A DNA stretch of 64,000 bases, from positions 186,001 to 250,000 of the forward strand of contig JBEUKZ010000071.1 in assembly GCA_048128005.1 (NCBI GenBank), in the 5' to 3' direction. Positions 40,301-51,978 of this stretch are shown here, in pieces. The notes beneath the pieces are model-generated. The model was not told where the DNA came from. It worked only from the letters and a program-made list of their open reading frames with translations, and made no database searches. The DNA comes from Veleropilina oligotropha. Taxonomy: Eukaryota. How positions within the stretch are numbered: position 1 is the stretch's first letter; each line of letters starts with the position of its first letter. Position numbers and translations under genes: made by a program.

Positions 40301-41212
40301 GGCGGGGTTTGGTTCTCTGAGAGGATAGACGCCGTAGACGACTGCAGTGACCGGGTAGGCATTCTCGTAGTAGACCTTGTCGACCCCAGTGATAGCACCC
40401 GGCTTAGTATCCTGAGAGATCTCAAAGACACCCTGGCCCTTCTTTCTCGCAGCCTTCACCGGGTCAAACTTGTCTTCGACCACCCAGTCACCTTCACCCC
40501 ACTCACGCAAGAACTTTATCCTAAGGAGAAACTCGCCCTTTGGAAGGGCTGTGAGGAGCTGTGCCGCCCTTGCATCTGTCATACGGGCATCCAGGGCCAG
40601 CCGTCCAGCCACTTCTACCCTCCATGTGGAGAAAGCCGCCGTGGCGCCATCGACCTCAAACTCGTCTTTGGCGTCGCTCAAGAGTTCCACCCATGGCTCT
40701 TTTGCTGGGAGCCTTACTGGGGGAGGGACCTGGTCATCCAGGTCGATGAATCGTTGTCCCTCGGGTGTGGTAAATTGCCCTAGAAGATCCTTCTGGTAGT
40801 CCTGGGCTGTCCGGGGCGTTTTGGAGATGAGAAGATCGGGCCCCTTCCGAGCAATAGCATGGGCAAGGGTCTCTTTCCGAGACCGCTTGACGATTCGATC
40901 CGTGATGGCGCGAAGTGGCTTCAGTCGAATCCTGGGATTTTTCTCAGCCTGGGATTCGTATTTACGAGCCTGCAGGGCGGCGTCGACCTCGTCCTTAATC
41001 TGCCGCAACTCGCGAGCACGTCGGCCTCTTTTGTGGGGGTTCTCCACATCTCCACGTATGGAGGGGAACCTTCCCGTTTTCATCGCCCGCTCGAGTCTGC
41101 TCCGAAACTCCGCAGCACGGACCCTGGCGATTGCCCTGATGAGGTCGTGCTTCTTGAGCTTCGACCGAGCGGGAATCCCATAATCTTTCGCTAGATTGCG
41201 CAGGTCATCCAT
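37382..41212 (-). CDS. HEH - OTU-like - PolB - SF1 helicase - HNH fusion protein (1276 aa)
   Basis: Same motifs as 17334-21164; ORF fully open. Confidence 0.88.
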   Translation of the reverse strand: MDDLRNLAKDYGIPARSKLKKHDLIRAIARVRAAEFRSRLERAMKTGRFPSIRGDVENPHKRGRRARELRQIKDEVDAALQARKYESQAEKNPRIRLKPLRAITDRIVKRSRKETLAHAIARKGPDLLISKTPRTAQDYQKDLLGQFTTPEGQRFIDLDDQVPPPVRLPAKEPWVELLSDAKDEFEVDGATAAFSTWRVEVAGRLALDARMTDARAAQLLTALPKGEFLLRIKFLREWGEGDWVVEDKFDPVKAARKKGQGVFEISQDTKPGAITGVDKVYYENAYPVTAVVYGVYPLREPNPANLVPMKNGDLNCVAQRVVEHFEGALRGNGLTPTRRQKILEWEERVHVTGATVDDISILERILKRAIILRDIAGEDIYSSGKYQGWHRPVELICHNGHAWSKDLHFPQSREVHLYEGDVWEAIRQATQNEPLAVWLLGGKDRQLGVDQFVLQDGRTYRTKETHEILQEACTALGNESLADRAFGVNHAASIMAKETNGWKPTPASLLDDIQKACVEHGHGGLWNSMNYDTGDVCCIDMKACYPASFLGKGEAKPYFERFGHPTHSMTRVAINGPLPREIGTGFAEVVEWEFAQDIHPVIVAWFGKHFAENGWAPTPLLAFLIDSGLLKSLKIREAIIAFKKQTDVWLPPDRDQGCSIIGKFTQGAKADGKRLTRRLVTDQGELDFLVRDTRQSGTLVGAPQRCPMGHILTYYDGSQPQYAHLRASMLAYAHINLLSMLQRFSAAEAVRVATDSIYLKKASLEKLDDVTVYVAPRLCGCGEKSCISCLIAEPYLPPVAPAQWRDKGEQLYMPQEHAAYLPKPEYCCAANSSQPSTAPCYNDTLTHHRLSYLNGGGGCGKTTRAIELFRARNPVVFTPTHRLAKEMRTRGVKAQTYHSFFRWSGQNDWTPDRMGQKFIPRIIIWDEVCTVPRAILEMFLDWLGRHEVQVICCGDQGQPPPITGEMPHDWLRKTADYYEEIEVDYRAKDDPALQALKRRIRLQPDKVQCDEMRRTLPSCLGWDRFVNTWKPGDLILTSRQKVRERAQELLLQRHKEHFPDSMVPILYHPRDSRKQNIMVTIPGTSDREELVLNDVVEVTIEAAERAILTPDWRLGYALTIHSSQGLTIHDPQKVWIIDDYLQWSNLAYLAVSRVELLRQLERVTCPLDEGSEDRPPQTEQQLRKTIQKKLVAYKRQDQATGLPGFNLKVDDILRLREAQNNRCAACNIELLWAYSPKDTQQFSVDRVDNSRGHTRDNVRLTCLECNRKRGFAVVNA

Positions 41213-41260
41213 GTTGCTGGGGGGGTACACACTAGGATCTTTACTTCTCTAATATGAAAT

Positions 41261-41554
41261 TTACGCGTGGTAAATTGCAGCCATGCGGAGAAACTCTCTC
41301 TCGAAGGCCCTTTTCTTTCGTTGCCAGTCCATACCGTTCTCACTCTTATACCCACAGCCCTTACACAACGTAAGCCGGTTGAAAACGCCCTTCCCGCATT
41401 TGCTGCAGGGTTTTGTGCCCCGGCCATTTCGCCGTTGCCGAGCCAGATGGACTTTGCAATACGTGTTCAGACATCTCTTACCACATAGCTCCGTGGAGCT
41501 GATGGTGAGCCATTGACAGGTGTCCGTTCCCCACATATTGATAGCGGTTATCAT
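41261..41554 (-). CDS. Cys/His-rich putative zinc-finger protein
   Basis: Homologous to 21213-21488. Confidence 0.65.
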   Translation of the reverse strand: MITAINMWGTDTCQWLTISSTELCGKRCLNTYCKVHLARQRRNGRGTKPCSKCGKGVFNRLTLCKGCGYKSENGMDWQRKKRAFEREFLRMAAIYHA

Positions 41555-41581
41555 TGTATATACCAGTCTCTAATAGATATT

Positions 41582-41863
41582 ATGACACTAAGATATCGAG
41601 CCCGGTGCACGGTGAGAAATAACCGGCATGTTAGACGTTGTGTAGTTATACTTGAAAGCAACATGCCACAGGAAGACATTATTACGCTGTACAGCGAACG
41701 GAGCTTCAGGCGCGTTAAAAACCTCTTAAACCGGGGCTATAACGTTTTGATCGTTGTACTCGACAATGGTGAACAAGCGATATATAAGAAGAAGACCAAA
41801 GACGGTAGAAAGGGAGTTGCACGAAATCAAACTCACCCCCCCTGCTACTGCTCGCATAACTGA
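41582..41863 (+). CDS. 93-aa basic ORF in the variable right-end region
   Basis: Shares RHVRRCVVILE.NMPQ.D with the frame of the copy 1 KAPA peptide, then diverges. Confidence 0.4.
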   Translation: MTLRYRARCTVRNNRHVRRCVVILESNMPQEDIITLYSERSFRRVKNLLNRGYNVLIVVLDNGEQAIYKKKTKDGRKGVARNQTHPPCYCSHN

Positions 41864-41914
41864 GGAGCCCGGGCCGGCGAGGGTAGTGGGCCGTCCCTGG
41901 GGGCTCTATGTCGC

Positions 41915-42106
41915 TGTACACACGGTAACTTTTTTGTAATACACGATATACCCTGGGGTCTGAAATATAGCTGGGAGCCTTCCCGGTCGCCCCGGGGCCC
42001 TAGTCTAAACTCCCCTGCTGACTAGTCCGAGCTACCCTGAGTTCTGAAATAGTGCTGGGCGCTGTATTTTCCCATTCTAAAAAGTCCAATCACCCCCCCT
42101 GCTGCT
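41915..42106. repeat. Right TIR of copy 2
   Basis: Inverted match to 26098-26289 and 26405-26597. Confidence 0.88.
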
Positions 42107-42676
42107 TAACTGGCTGGTGGGGGTGGTGTTAATTAACAGTAACATACCTGGCCGGTGGGGGTGGTGTTAATTAACAGTAACACACCTGGCTGGTGGGGGT
42201 GGTGTTAATTAACAGTAACACACCTGACCGGTGTTGGTGGTGTTAATTAACAGTAACATACCTGGCCGGTGGGGGTTGTGTTAATTAACAGTAACACACC
42301 TGGCCGGTGGGGGTGGTGTTAATTAACAGTAACACACCTGGCCAGTGTGGGTGGTGTTAATTAACAGTAACACACCTGACCGGTGTGGGTGGTGTTAATT
42401 AACAGTAACATACCTGGCTGGTGGGGGTGGTGTTAATTAACAGTAACACACCTGGCCGGTGTGGGTGGTGTTAATTAACAGTAACACACCTGGCCGGTGG
42501 GGGTGGTGTTAATTAACAGTAACACACCTGGCCGGTGGGGGTGGTGTTAATTAACAGTAACACACCTGGCCAGTGGGGGTGGTGTTAATTAACAGTAACA
42601 CACCTGGCCGGTGGGGGTGGTGTTAATTAACAGTAACATACCTGGCCGGTGGGGGTGGTGTTAATTAACAGTTACA
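42107..42676. repeat. 38-bp minisatellite, right part
   Basis: Same unit as 24631-26097; a remnant recurs at ~43746-43765. Confidence 0.95.
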
Positions 42677-43745
42677 TAATCAATAATCAATTTATTTACG
42701 TTAAACAAATACATGTCTTTAGCAAAATATATATAGTATTTTATAGTAGGCAGACAGGTATTATAAATAATCGATATAACAATATTAAGTTTTTGAAGGA
42801 GTTAATCGTGGTAAATATATCAATATATAGGTAAATCTTAACAATTATTATTCATATATTACATGCAGGGTATGACTTCATAAATAACAGTTGCGTACAT
42901 AAAATATACATTTTCCAAAATTATTAGAATATAACCATGAATTCATATGTTTCTTCATACATTATTATAGTATATATATATTCATTTAGCCAAATTGAGA
43001 TGTGAACATAAATGGCCTCCCTTAATTTAATTTGTTACGTTGCTTCTCTTGACAATAGCATGTTTAATGTATAATCCCAGACGGGAAGAAATGTTTTTTG
43101 ATTTCGTTGACATTAAAGTAATGAATTTTTGTATAGTGGGCCATCTTGTGTAATATTTAGGCAAGTATTGCGCTCTTATGTCTCTGTATAATGGGCATAC
43201 GAGGATAAAGTGATATTCGTCCTCTATTGTCCTCATAGGACAATGAATGCAAAGCCTTTCAGTTCTGGCTGTGCCGTGGAATCTACCTTCTTCGATGGCA
43301 ATTTTGCAGGTGCAGCTTCTAAATTGTGCTAAGTTGTTACGAGATGAATTATTTGAAATTGATACGTATGTCTCTAGACAGAATTCTTTTTTATATAAGA
43401 CATATAGATGCAGTTTAGGTGTATTGTGAATGGTGTCGTGCCAGGTTTGCTTAAATTGATCATGTAGACGTTGTATTAATAGAGATTCGTTTACTTGCAA
43501 ATTATCCTGTTCGTTCCAAATGTAGTTATATCCAAGTTCAGATAGTAGGTTTTTTACACAAGATGCCCAGTTCAGTATATTTCGTCCTTCACAACGTTGA
43601 CGAGAATAGTTATATACAATGTAAGGGAGGCTATTTTTGTTACTAAGTAACTTTACTTAACCCAGTATTTTAGAATCCTCTCTTTACGTTTCACTGACAT
43701 CGTCACCCTATTCAGTTCGCCATATAGAAAATAGTTTGGAGTGCG
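42677..43745 (-). mobile_element. 5'-truncated non-LTR retrotransposon fragment (RT ORF C-terminus and 3' UTR)
   Basis: ORF 43027-43500 with CIHC...EDEYHFILVCPLY zinc knuckle; upstream PNYFLYGELNR; minisatellite sequence on both sides. Confidence 0.8.
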
Positions 43746-44057
43746 CCTGGCCGGTGGGGGTGTTATCTCCTCTTGCAATTCAATTCAGTTTTATTTAGCA
43801 TTCTTTGAATACATTTACATTGTTTATACCTAGCATAAAATTTATGGACATGCCCTTGAGTGAACCGGAACATTGTTTAAAATGGACGTTAAGCCTTGAT
43901 CCAAATAGAAAAGAACCTTGCATTGCATTAAACCTATTTACATAAATAGGAAATGTCGTTAATAATTAAAAAAAAAAATTCAGTAAATAGTATTACTTTA
44001 AGATTCATTCTGCGAAGCTAGACACGTCAGATTACCTGCATTTTCATTGTCTATCAT

Positions 44058-44310
44058 AAATATTGCGACATGTCGTGCGTAATATGTACATTGCAAGTGA
44101 CGTAATTTAAATATTGCGACATGTCGTGCGTAATATGTACATTGTAAGTGACGTAATTTAAATATTGCGACATGTCGTGCGTAATATGTACATTGTAAGT
44201 GACGTAATTTAAATATTGCGACATGTCGTGCGTAATATGTACATTGTAAGTGACGTAATTTAAATATTGCGACATGTCGTGCGTAATATGTACATTGTAA
44301 GTGACGTAGT
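44058..44310. repeat. 51-bp tandem repeat (~5 copies)
   Basis: Unit AAATATTGCGACATGTCGTGCGTAATATGTACATTGTAAGTGACGTAATTT. Confidence 0.95.
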
Positions 44311-44460
44311 TTATGCACTTGTTCACATAAACTAGTTCAACATCATCTCATGTTTTAATTATGACTAAAATTAAAATAATCATTTGATTCAATTTATTAA
44401 GTACCATCAGGTTTTAGTGTGTAATAAATACACACAGACCATTTGATAATGTCTTGTCAT

Positions 44461-46526
44461 TTTTGGCTCGCATGCAACGCAGATGTGAGCCTATGTAATG
44501 ATGATGTACGTCCGGCCGGCTGTCCGCAGTGAATGTTAAAGTTTTTCAATCATGCTATATAGGCAACCCTGTGCTCTCTTTATCATAATATTATTGTAGA
44601 TATGTCTATTCCCATCTTGCACAACACTACACTAGTAATATTGAATGTAATTTAAATAAAATTTTGCTTCAAAATGCTGCTTTTGGACTTAGAAATTTTG
44701 AATGTTAAAGTTTTTCAATAATGATATACAGTATAGGCAAATGTGCACTCTTTATCAACTTTATATGACATGGCTGGCTACTCCAATGTTGCACGGCACA
44801 ATAACAGTAATATGGAATGTTATTTAAATCAAATTTTACCTAAAAGTGATACTTTTTTTAAGTTTTTGGTTAAAGTTTTTCAACGATGCTATAATATCTG
44901 ACATTGAAACTTTTTAGCATCTTTTAACATTATATATGTTTATTTCAATATCCTATGGCACCAGACAGTATTATTTAAGGTAAATTAAATTTATTTATCA
45001 CAAAAAAAGTTGTGAGATTTTAACTTGGAAAATTTTATAGTGAAATGTGGAAGTTTTTTTTATCAAGGTTACATGTACAATCTCTTGCATGCTTTAAATT
45101 TTTTGCTCGCATGCAACGCAGATGCGAGCCTATGTAATGATGATGTATGTCCGCCCGTCTGTCCGTCCGTCTGCAGTGAATGTTAAAGTTTTTCAATGAT
45201 GCTATATAGGCAACCCTGTGGTCTCTTTATCATTATTTTATTGTAGATATGTCTATTCCCATGTTGCACAACACTACACTAGTAATATTGAATGTAATTT
45301 AAATAAAATTTTACTTCAAAATGCTGCTTTGAACTTAGAAATTTTGAATGTTATAGTTTTTCAATAATGCTATATAGGCAAACATGTGCACTCTTTATCA
45401 TCGTTGTATTTGACATACGTCTACTGCAATGTTGCACGACACTATGACAGTAATATGGAATGTAATTTAAATCAAATTTTTCTTCAAAGTGCTGCAACTG
45501 GACATATAAATTATTATAAGTTTTTCATTGATGCTATAATATCTGACATTGAAACTTTTTAGCATCGTTGAACATTAGATATATGTATATTTCAATATCT
45601 CATAACAGAAGGCATGTTGGAAGTATCATTGCATTAGATAGATGCATTATGGGATAGTTGCCCAGATACGAAAACTTTATCCAGTGGATAAACTCCTTAT
45701 ATTATTATATTATGAGATTTAACTTAGGAAATTTGATAAAGTTAAATGTTGAAATTTTTGTCAATGTTATAGTCTGCTCTATGCTTTGAAGTTTCTATTA
45801 TGGAGTTTCAGTGAACAACAAGGTTTTATGTACATAATTAAAAGATGTTACATACAATTAAGATAAAATTGATTTTAACTTATGAAATATGATAAAAGTA
45901 AAATGTAGACATAATAATTTTATATAATAGTAGTACTGTAATACAATTGTAAACATGGTGCATGTGGTATACTGTAACTTGTCAAATCAATGAAATATCT
46001 ATGTCACTCACAATTATATTTGACTGCTTCATATATAACATACTTTGATTACCATGAATAGCAATTTTTGCTGGTGTTATCCTGTAAATCATTGTTCAAA
46101 GTATGATGTCCCGTAAAAGCTAGTAATTTCTAACTATATTATTTTGTAAAATTTCTATATTAATATTTGTAAGAGCAGAAATTTTAATACACAGTGTTGG
46201 CCAAAATTTATTGATTTATAGTAATATGACTCTGTTAGAATAGTGACTAATGCTACTCAGTAATAATGAATTTTTGTAATTACTCTGTATTCCAAAAGCG
46301 TCATTCTTCTACTTTTAATGTTTGAATTGTGTTTGTGAACTCACACAAATAATTATTACAATTTAAAATATATTGCGTTCTTCATGGTTAATCCAAGGTC
46401 CTAGAATATTATATATTACTGTGATTGCTTCTACGAACTCCAGACGTTTTAATAATTAATGTATGGCTACTATAGAATTATGCAATATGTCATGCGAGCC
46501 GCATCACGGCTCCGTTGTTCTAATTT
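44461..46526 (+). mobile_element. Two adjacent non-autonomous Helentron-like (HINE/DINE-type) elements starting at ~44461 and ~45101
   Basis: T-run + GCTCGCATG sub-terminal repeat, GTCC/GTCT microsatellite, internal tandem units, 3' CATGCGAGC + short hairpin. Confidence 0.6.
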
Positions 46527-46900
46527 ATTAAAAGGTCACAACATAACAAAATTTCATTATAATGATTTTGGTACATCCAAAACCTCGCATCATTTCTGAG
46601 TTTTACGATTAATCGCCACAAACGCTCCAAAATCACTCCAGGATTCAGACGTGCTAAAATTAATACAATACTGATAATATCTTATGCAAATAATATGTTT
46701 GTTGTGTATTAATAATGATGTTTCATTTACATATATTTATGAATATTCTCATTTTTTATTTTACTTAAGCCCCTCCTAACTAGAACTGTTACAGTACAAT
46801 GTTTAACATGATTTTGTTGGATAATTAGGCAAGAAGTACCACATATATCAAAGTAGACAAATGTATTTTGTGCAATTGTTTTCTTTCTTTTATTTATCAG

Positions 46901-47036
46901 CCCTTACCAAAGATCTTTGCTGATGGAATATGATGCAAAAAAAGATGGACCCATTTCAGAAAAAAAGTTTGCCTCAACAAATGACACTGTTGAAGGAACC
47001 ATCCTGCTGCCTGGTGTGTTAGTCTGTAAATGGAAG
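46901..47036 (+). CDS. FBXO15: Host FBXO15-like exon (136 bp, phase 2/0)
   Basis: Pyrimidine tract + CAG acceptor, AAG|GTAATC donor; PYQRSLLMEYD...PGVLVCKWK. Confidence 0.7.
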
Positions 47037-48480
47037 GTAATCCGAGCTCCCCTCTGTGGTTGGGAACCATCCTGCTGCGTGGGGTGTTAGTCTGTAAATG
47101 GAAGGTAATCTGTGCTCCCTCTGTGGTTGGAACCATCCTGCTGCCTGGGGTGTTAGTCTGTAAATGGAAGGTAATCCGAGCTCCCATCTGTGGTTGGAAC
47201 CATCCTGCTGCCTGGGGTGTTAGTCTGTAAATGGAAGGTAATCCGAGCTCCCCCCATCCTGCTGCCGGGGGGGGGGGTGTTAGTCTGTAAATGGAAGGTA
47301 ATCCGAGCCGCCCCCATCCTGGTGCCTGGGGTTTTAGTCTGTAAATGGAAGGTAATCCAAGCTCCCCCCCATCCTGCTGCCGGGGGGGTGGGGGTGTTAG
47401 TCTGTAAATGGAAGATAATTCGAGCTCCTCTCTGTGGTTGGGAACCATCCTGCTGCATGGGGTGTTAGTCTGTAAATGGAAGGTAATCTGTGCTCCCTCT
47501 GTGGTTGGAACCATCCTGCTGCCTGGGGTGTTAGTCTGTAAATGGAAGGTAATCCGAGACCCCCCCCCCCCCATGTGGTTGGGACATGACTGCTGCCTGG
47601 TGTGTTAGTCTGTAATTGGAAGATAATCCGAGCTCCCCCCATCCTGCTGCTGGGGGGGGGTGTTAGTCTGTAAATGGAAAGTAATCCAAGCTTCCCCCAT
47701 CCTGCTGCCTGGGGTGTTAGTCTGTTAATGGAAGGTAATCCGAGCTCCCCCCATCCTGCTGCCTGGGGTGTTAGTCTGTAAATGGAAGGTAATCCGAGCT
47801 CCCCTCTGTGGTTTGGACATGACTGCTGCCTGGGGTGTTAGTCTGTAAAAGGAAGGTAATCCGAGCTCCCCCCATCCTGCTGCCTGGGGTGTTAGTCTGT
47901 AATTGGAAGGTAATCCGAGCTCCCCTCTGTGGTTGGGAACCATCCTGCTGCATGGGGTGTTAGTCTGTAAATGGAAGGTAATCTGAGCTCCCTCTGTGGT
48001 TGGAACCATCCTGCTGCCTGGGGTGTTAGTCTGTAAATGGAAGGTAATCCGAGCTCCCCCCATCCTGCTGCCGGGGGGGGGGTGTTAGTCTGTAAATGGA
48101 AGGTAATCCGAGCCGCCCCCATCCTGGTGCCTGGGGTTTTAGTCTGTAAATGGAAGGTAATCCGAGCTCCCCCCATCCTGCTGCCGGGGGGGTGGGGGTG
48201 TTAGTCTGTAAATGGAAGGTAATCCGAGGTCCCCCCATCCTGCTGCCTGGGGTGTTAGTCTGTAACTGGAAGGTAATCTGTGCTCCCCTCTGTGGTTGGG
48301 AACCATCCTGCTGCCTGGGGTTTTAGTCTGTAAATGGAAGGTAATCCGAGCTCCCCCCATCCTGCTGCCGGGGGGGGGGGGTGTTAGTCTGTAAATGGAA
48401 GGTAATCCGAGGTCCCCCCATCCTGCTGCCTGGGGTGTTAGTCTGTAACTGGAAGATAATTCGAGCTCCTCTCTGTGGTT
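46996..48480. repeat. Variable-length (~54-74 bp) tandem repeat made of the exon 3' end plus splice donor
   Basis: ~24 units with core CCATCCTGCTGCCTGGGGTGTTAGTCTGTAAATGGAAGGTAATC. Confidence 0.92.
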
Positions 48481-48918
48481 GGTACATGAACTGTTATTTC
48501 ATACTTGTGCAATCATTAAATCAACACCAATCGATTACAACAGTCATCCAACAAGTAATAATTATAGTACGAGACACCATTCTGATTCATTGTTTAAATA
48601 TCAGAACAGTTTGCTTGACTTGCTTCCATGTCACTCACACGAGCGCAGTTTAGCTTGCGAGTTTGACTGACATGGAGCAATCTGTCCAAATATCTAAAAT
48701 AACGAACTGGTGTCGAGTATTATAATTGACTTGGCACAAACCACACCCAGTCACGTGCACGCGCGCGAATGTTTCCCTTACAAGCACGATTCAGTCATTA
48801 AACTGTTTACAACCACGCGAAGAGGAACCGTGATATCTTGCGATGTTATTGCAGTTTTCATTATTGTGTATATTGTTTCAATGTGTTTACAACGACCTAA
48901 CAATATTTATAATTATAT

Positions 48919-49185
48919 GCGGCCGCTTAGACGGTCGTGTGGTTTCGGTTGTGAACTCCGAAAAATCACTGACTTGATTCCGCTGACGCAAACAGTAGTG
49001 GGTTCAAATCATGGCACGGACATGACACATTTGTCCAAGTTATGAATCACAGTTGTCTGTAACTGGTTGGAAAGGGCGGGTTTCCCCGGGCGACCGGGCT
49101 TTCCTCTCGCGATAATATGGACATGACCTGCTTTGAACCAAATGATGGTTGGAAATATACAGGATATTAAGCATCTATTCTTTCC
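48919..49185 (+). mobile_element. tRNA-derived SINE copy
   Basis: Matches 22472-22742. Confidence 0.75.
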
Positions 49186-49922
49186 TTTTTGGCTCGCATG
49201 CAATGCAAATGCGAGTCTATGTAATGAGCATGTCATCTGGCTGTTCGTCCGTCCGGATTAGAAATTTGAAATATTTCCATCCGTCCGACCGGCGTCACCA
49301 ATCGGTTCTTCTGTTAAAGTTTCTCAATCATGCTATATTAGCAACAATATACATGTTTTAACATTTCTATATGCTAGATATCACTATTTCATTGTTACCA
49401 CACACTCAATAAATAATATTGAAAGTAATTTCCTTCAAATTTCACCACAAAATGCTGCTTTTAAACTTCAAAATGTTCGTTAAAGTTTTTGGTTCAAGTT
49501 TCTCAATTATGCAGCAACAATATGCATGTTTTAGCATAACTATATGTTAGATATCACTATTTAATTGTTATCTGACCATAATTAAATAATATTGAAGATA
49601 ATTTAATTCAAATTTTACCATAAAATGGCCTGCTTTTGGACTTAAAAATTTTCGTTAAAGTTTTTGGTTAAAGTTTCTCAAGCATGCTATATATGCAACA
49701 ATAGGCATACTTTGGTATCTTTCGTTGTCAGATATCACTATTTCATTGTCATCTAACCCTAGAGTAGAGATATTGAAAACAATTTAATTGAAATTTTACA
49801 TAAATAACTATTTTGGACTTATAAATTTGACAATGTCATCTACTATTGAATGTAGACACAATACTCATGAAATATAAGTGATTGACGCATGCAAGCCGTT
49901 TCGAGCTTTTGCTTTTGTTAGA
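49186..49922 (+). mobile_element. HINE/DINE-like element
   Basis: Starts TTTTGGCTCGCATGCAA like 44461; ends GCATGCAAGCC + hairpin. Confidence 0.55.
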
Positions 49923-50756
49923 ATTATATGCATACACATTTGCTACATATGAGTTTGCACTGCATCATTGTATCTGGTGGGCGGCGCTTAAAGAATAAAA
50001 GAGAGCGATATTAGGTTGGTTATCACACATGCGATATCACTATTAACGAACGAGAAGATGAAATTCACCGAGATGTGGGCCAACTTAAGTTATTTAACTC
50101 ATTCTGTTATATATCATATTTAGCTTGCACTCGACTCATCTTTAGTGTTAAAAAGCACAATTGCTGTGAAAATTGCTCCTATGAAAGTTTGAGCAGAGTA
50201 ATTAAATTTGTGCAATTTTTCTCAATGTGACAAATCGTTATACCAGTGTGTATGAGCGATTACAACAATATGTTATGCACAGAGATTATGAGCATAAAAC
50301 CAATGTGTAACAGCATACATAAAAATCCTGATTTTTCTCAACAACAAACAAGGTTTACAAAATAGTGTATTATTAAAACATGGATCGCATTACCGCTTCA
50401 TCATCACTAATAATGTTTAAATTAAAGAAGCAGCTGGGAGATCTAGTTCGCTATCATCATCAACTTGCAGCAAAAGACCCAGAATTCAAGAGCTGCTGTG
50501 ATAACTCTTCCCACTAAAATGTTTCACAATGTTTTGTGGGACAGTGTGAACCGTGTTTTAGTGTGAACGGTCATTTTGCGACATCTACATTGCTCTGTAC
50601 TTAAATAGTGTTATATTATTATTGTGCTGCTCATGTTTCAACATGTTGTGAAATTTTCCATACATAATATTATATATGTTGTGATATTGTCTCTATAATA
50701 TTTTAAAGAAAATTTCTCAGTCTGCTATAATTTGATTTGCTCATAACAATTATCAT

Positions 50757-51282
50757 TGACCGCTCAGACAGTCGTGTGGTTTCGGTTGCAACTCCGAAAA
50801 TCACTGGCTTGATTCCATTGCTACGAACAGTAGTGGGTTCGAATCTCAGTTGGGACATGACATTACTTATTCAGTTATGATTCTACAGTTGTACGTAACT
50901 AGTCAGAGAGGGCGGGTTTCCCCAGCGACCGGGCTTACCTCCCGCGATAATATGGACATGTCCTGATTAGAACCCGATGTAAATATACAGTACATTAAGC
51001 ATCGATCCTTTGCTTTCCTTTTCAATTATCCTCCTAGGCCGCTTTGGTAGCGCAGTGGGTAGAGTGTCCACTGGCTTGTTTCCGCTGACGCGAACAGTAG
51101 TGGGATCGACCCCCGGCTGAGGCAGCACACATTTGTTCAAGTTATGAAGCACAGTTGTCCGTGACTGGCCGAAGAGGGCGGGTTTACCCGGCGACCGGGG
51201 TTTCCTCCCGCGATAACACGGACATGTCCTGCCTTGAACCTCGATGTTATAAACATACAGGACATTAAGCATAATTCCTCCT
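50757..51282 (+). mobile_element. Two tandem tRNA-derived SINEs (50757-51020, 51037-51282)
   Basis: Same body as 22472; A-box-like TAGCGCAGTGG and B-box-like GGATCGACCC/GGTTCGAATC. Confidence 0.75.
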
Positions 51283-51314
51283 CCAATTATCCTCACAATA
51301 TTTTATGACTACAG

Positions 51315-51397
51315 AATGAAGAAGAGATTGCGTTTGTCGCGGTGAACCTTCATTTCGATCAACTTGTACAGCGATGCCTTTTAGGATCTACAACCAG
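51315..51397 (+). CDS. FBXO15: Host FBXO15-like exon (83 bp, phase 0/2)
   Basis: CAG acceptor, CAG|GTAAGA donor; NEEEIAFVAVNLHFDQLVQRCLLGS resembles the vertebrate FBXO15 segment EEELAFVMANLH...LGS as I recall it. Confidence 0.75.
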
Positions 51398-51978
51398 GTA
51401 AGATAGATTTATATTATTCATACATAACGGTGTATGCAGTTCATGAGAAAGATGATAATAACGTACCTTTTGATGAAGTGCGACATATTTGTTTGTCGAT
51501 TCTACACTTATCCTAGTGTAGGATGCCCATGCAATGTTTTTCGACGCTCAACCACGTGGAGCGATCGAGGACAGTTGAACCAGAACATTGCTACTTATAA
51601 TAGATCATTGATACAGCATTTGGATGTTGTTTTTGTTCCAAATCAGATTTTCCCCCATTTCGAGACCAGCGGCAGTTTGTTCTACTAATAGAACCATATC
51701 CCTAAAGTATGTCGGTCAGATCCGAACCTTAAACCGGGTGTCTTGACTATGATATGGATGAAAAATAGCTAAAAGTGGTCATAAACAACAATGTTATCAA
51801 CCAACCAACCAATGCACTGGTTCCGTAGTTTGTGTTTGACGTTTGGTTGAGGACAACACATATACATGATGTAAAAATTTATCCTACATATGGTTTAGGT
51901 GGGTGTATGTCCAGATTATCGCAAGAGAAATGCCCTGTCACCCAGGATAACCTACTCTTTTTGGCAAGTTACGCACAA

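Larger units (their letters stand above)
26098..42106 (+). mobile_element. Polinton-like endogenous virus, copy 2, apparently complete (16,009 bp)
   Basis: Inverted termini AGCAGCAGGGGGGG/CCCCCCCTGCTGCT; TAACT duplicated at 26093-26097 and 42107-42111; core ORFs all open. Confidence 0.95.

Noticed and set aside
26098..42106. Bacteriophage or bacterial contamination
   Set aside because: Precise TSD within a host minisatellite, eukaryotic rve integrase, and flanking spliceosomal exons.
46897..48653. Many overlapping ORFs on both strands
   Set aside because: Translations of the tandem repeat.
51037..51125. tRNA gene
   Set aside because: The A/B-box-like head continues into a SINE body found four times in the window; no convincing cloverleaf.
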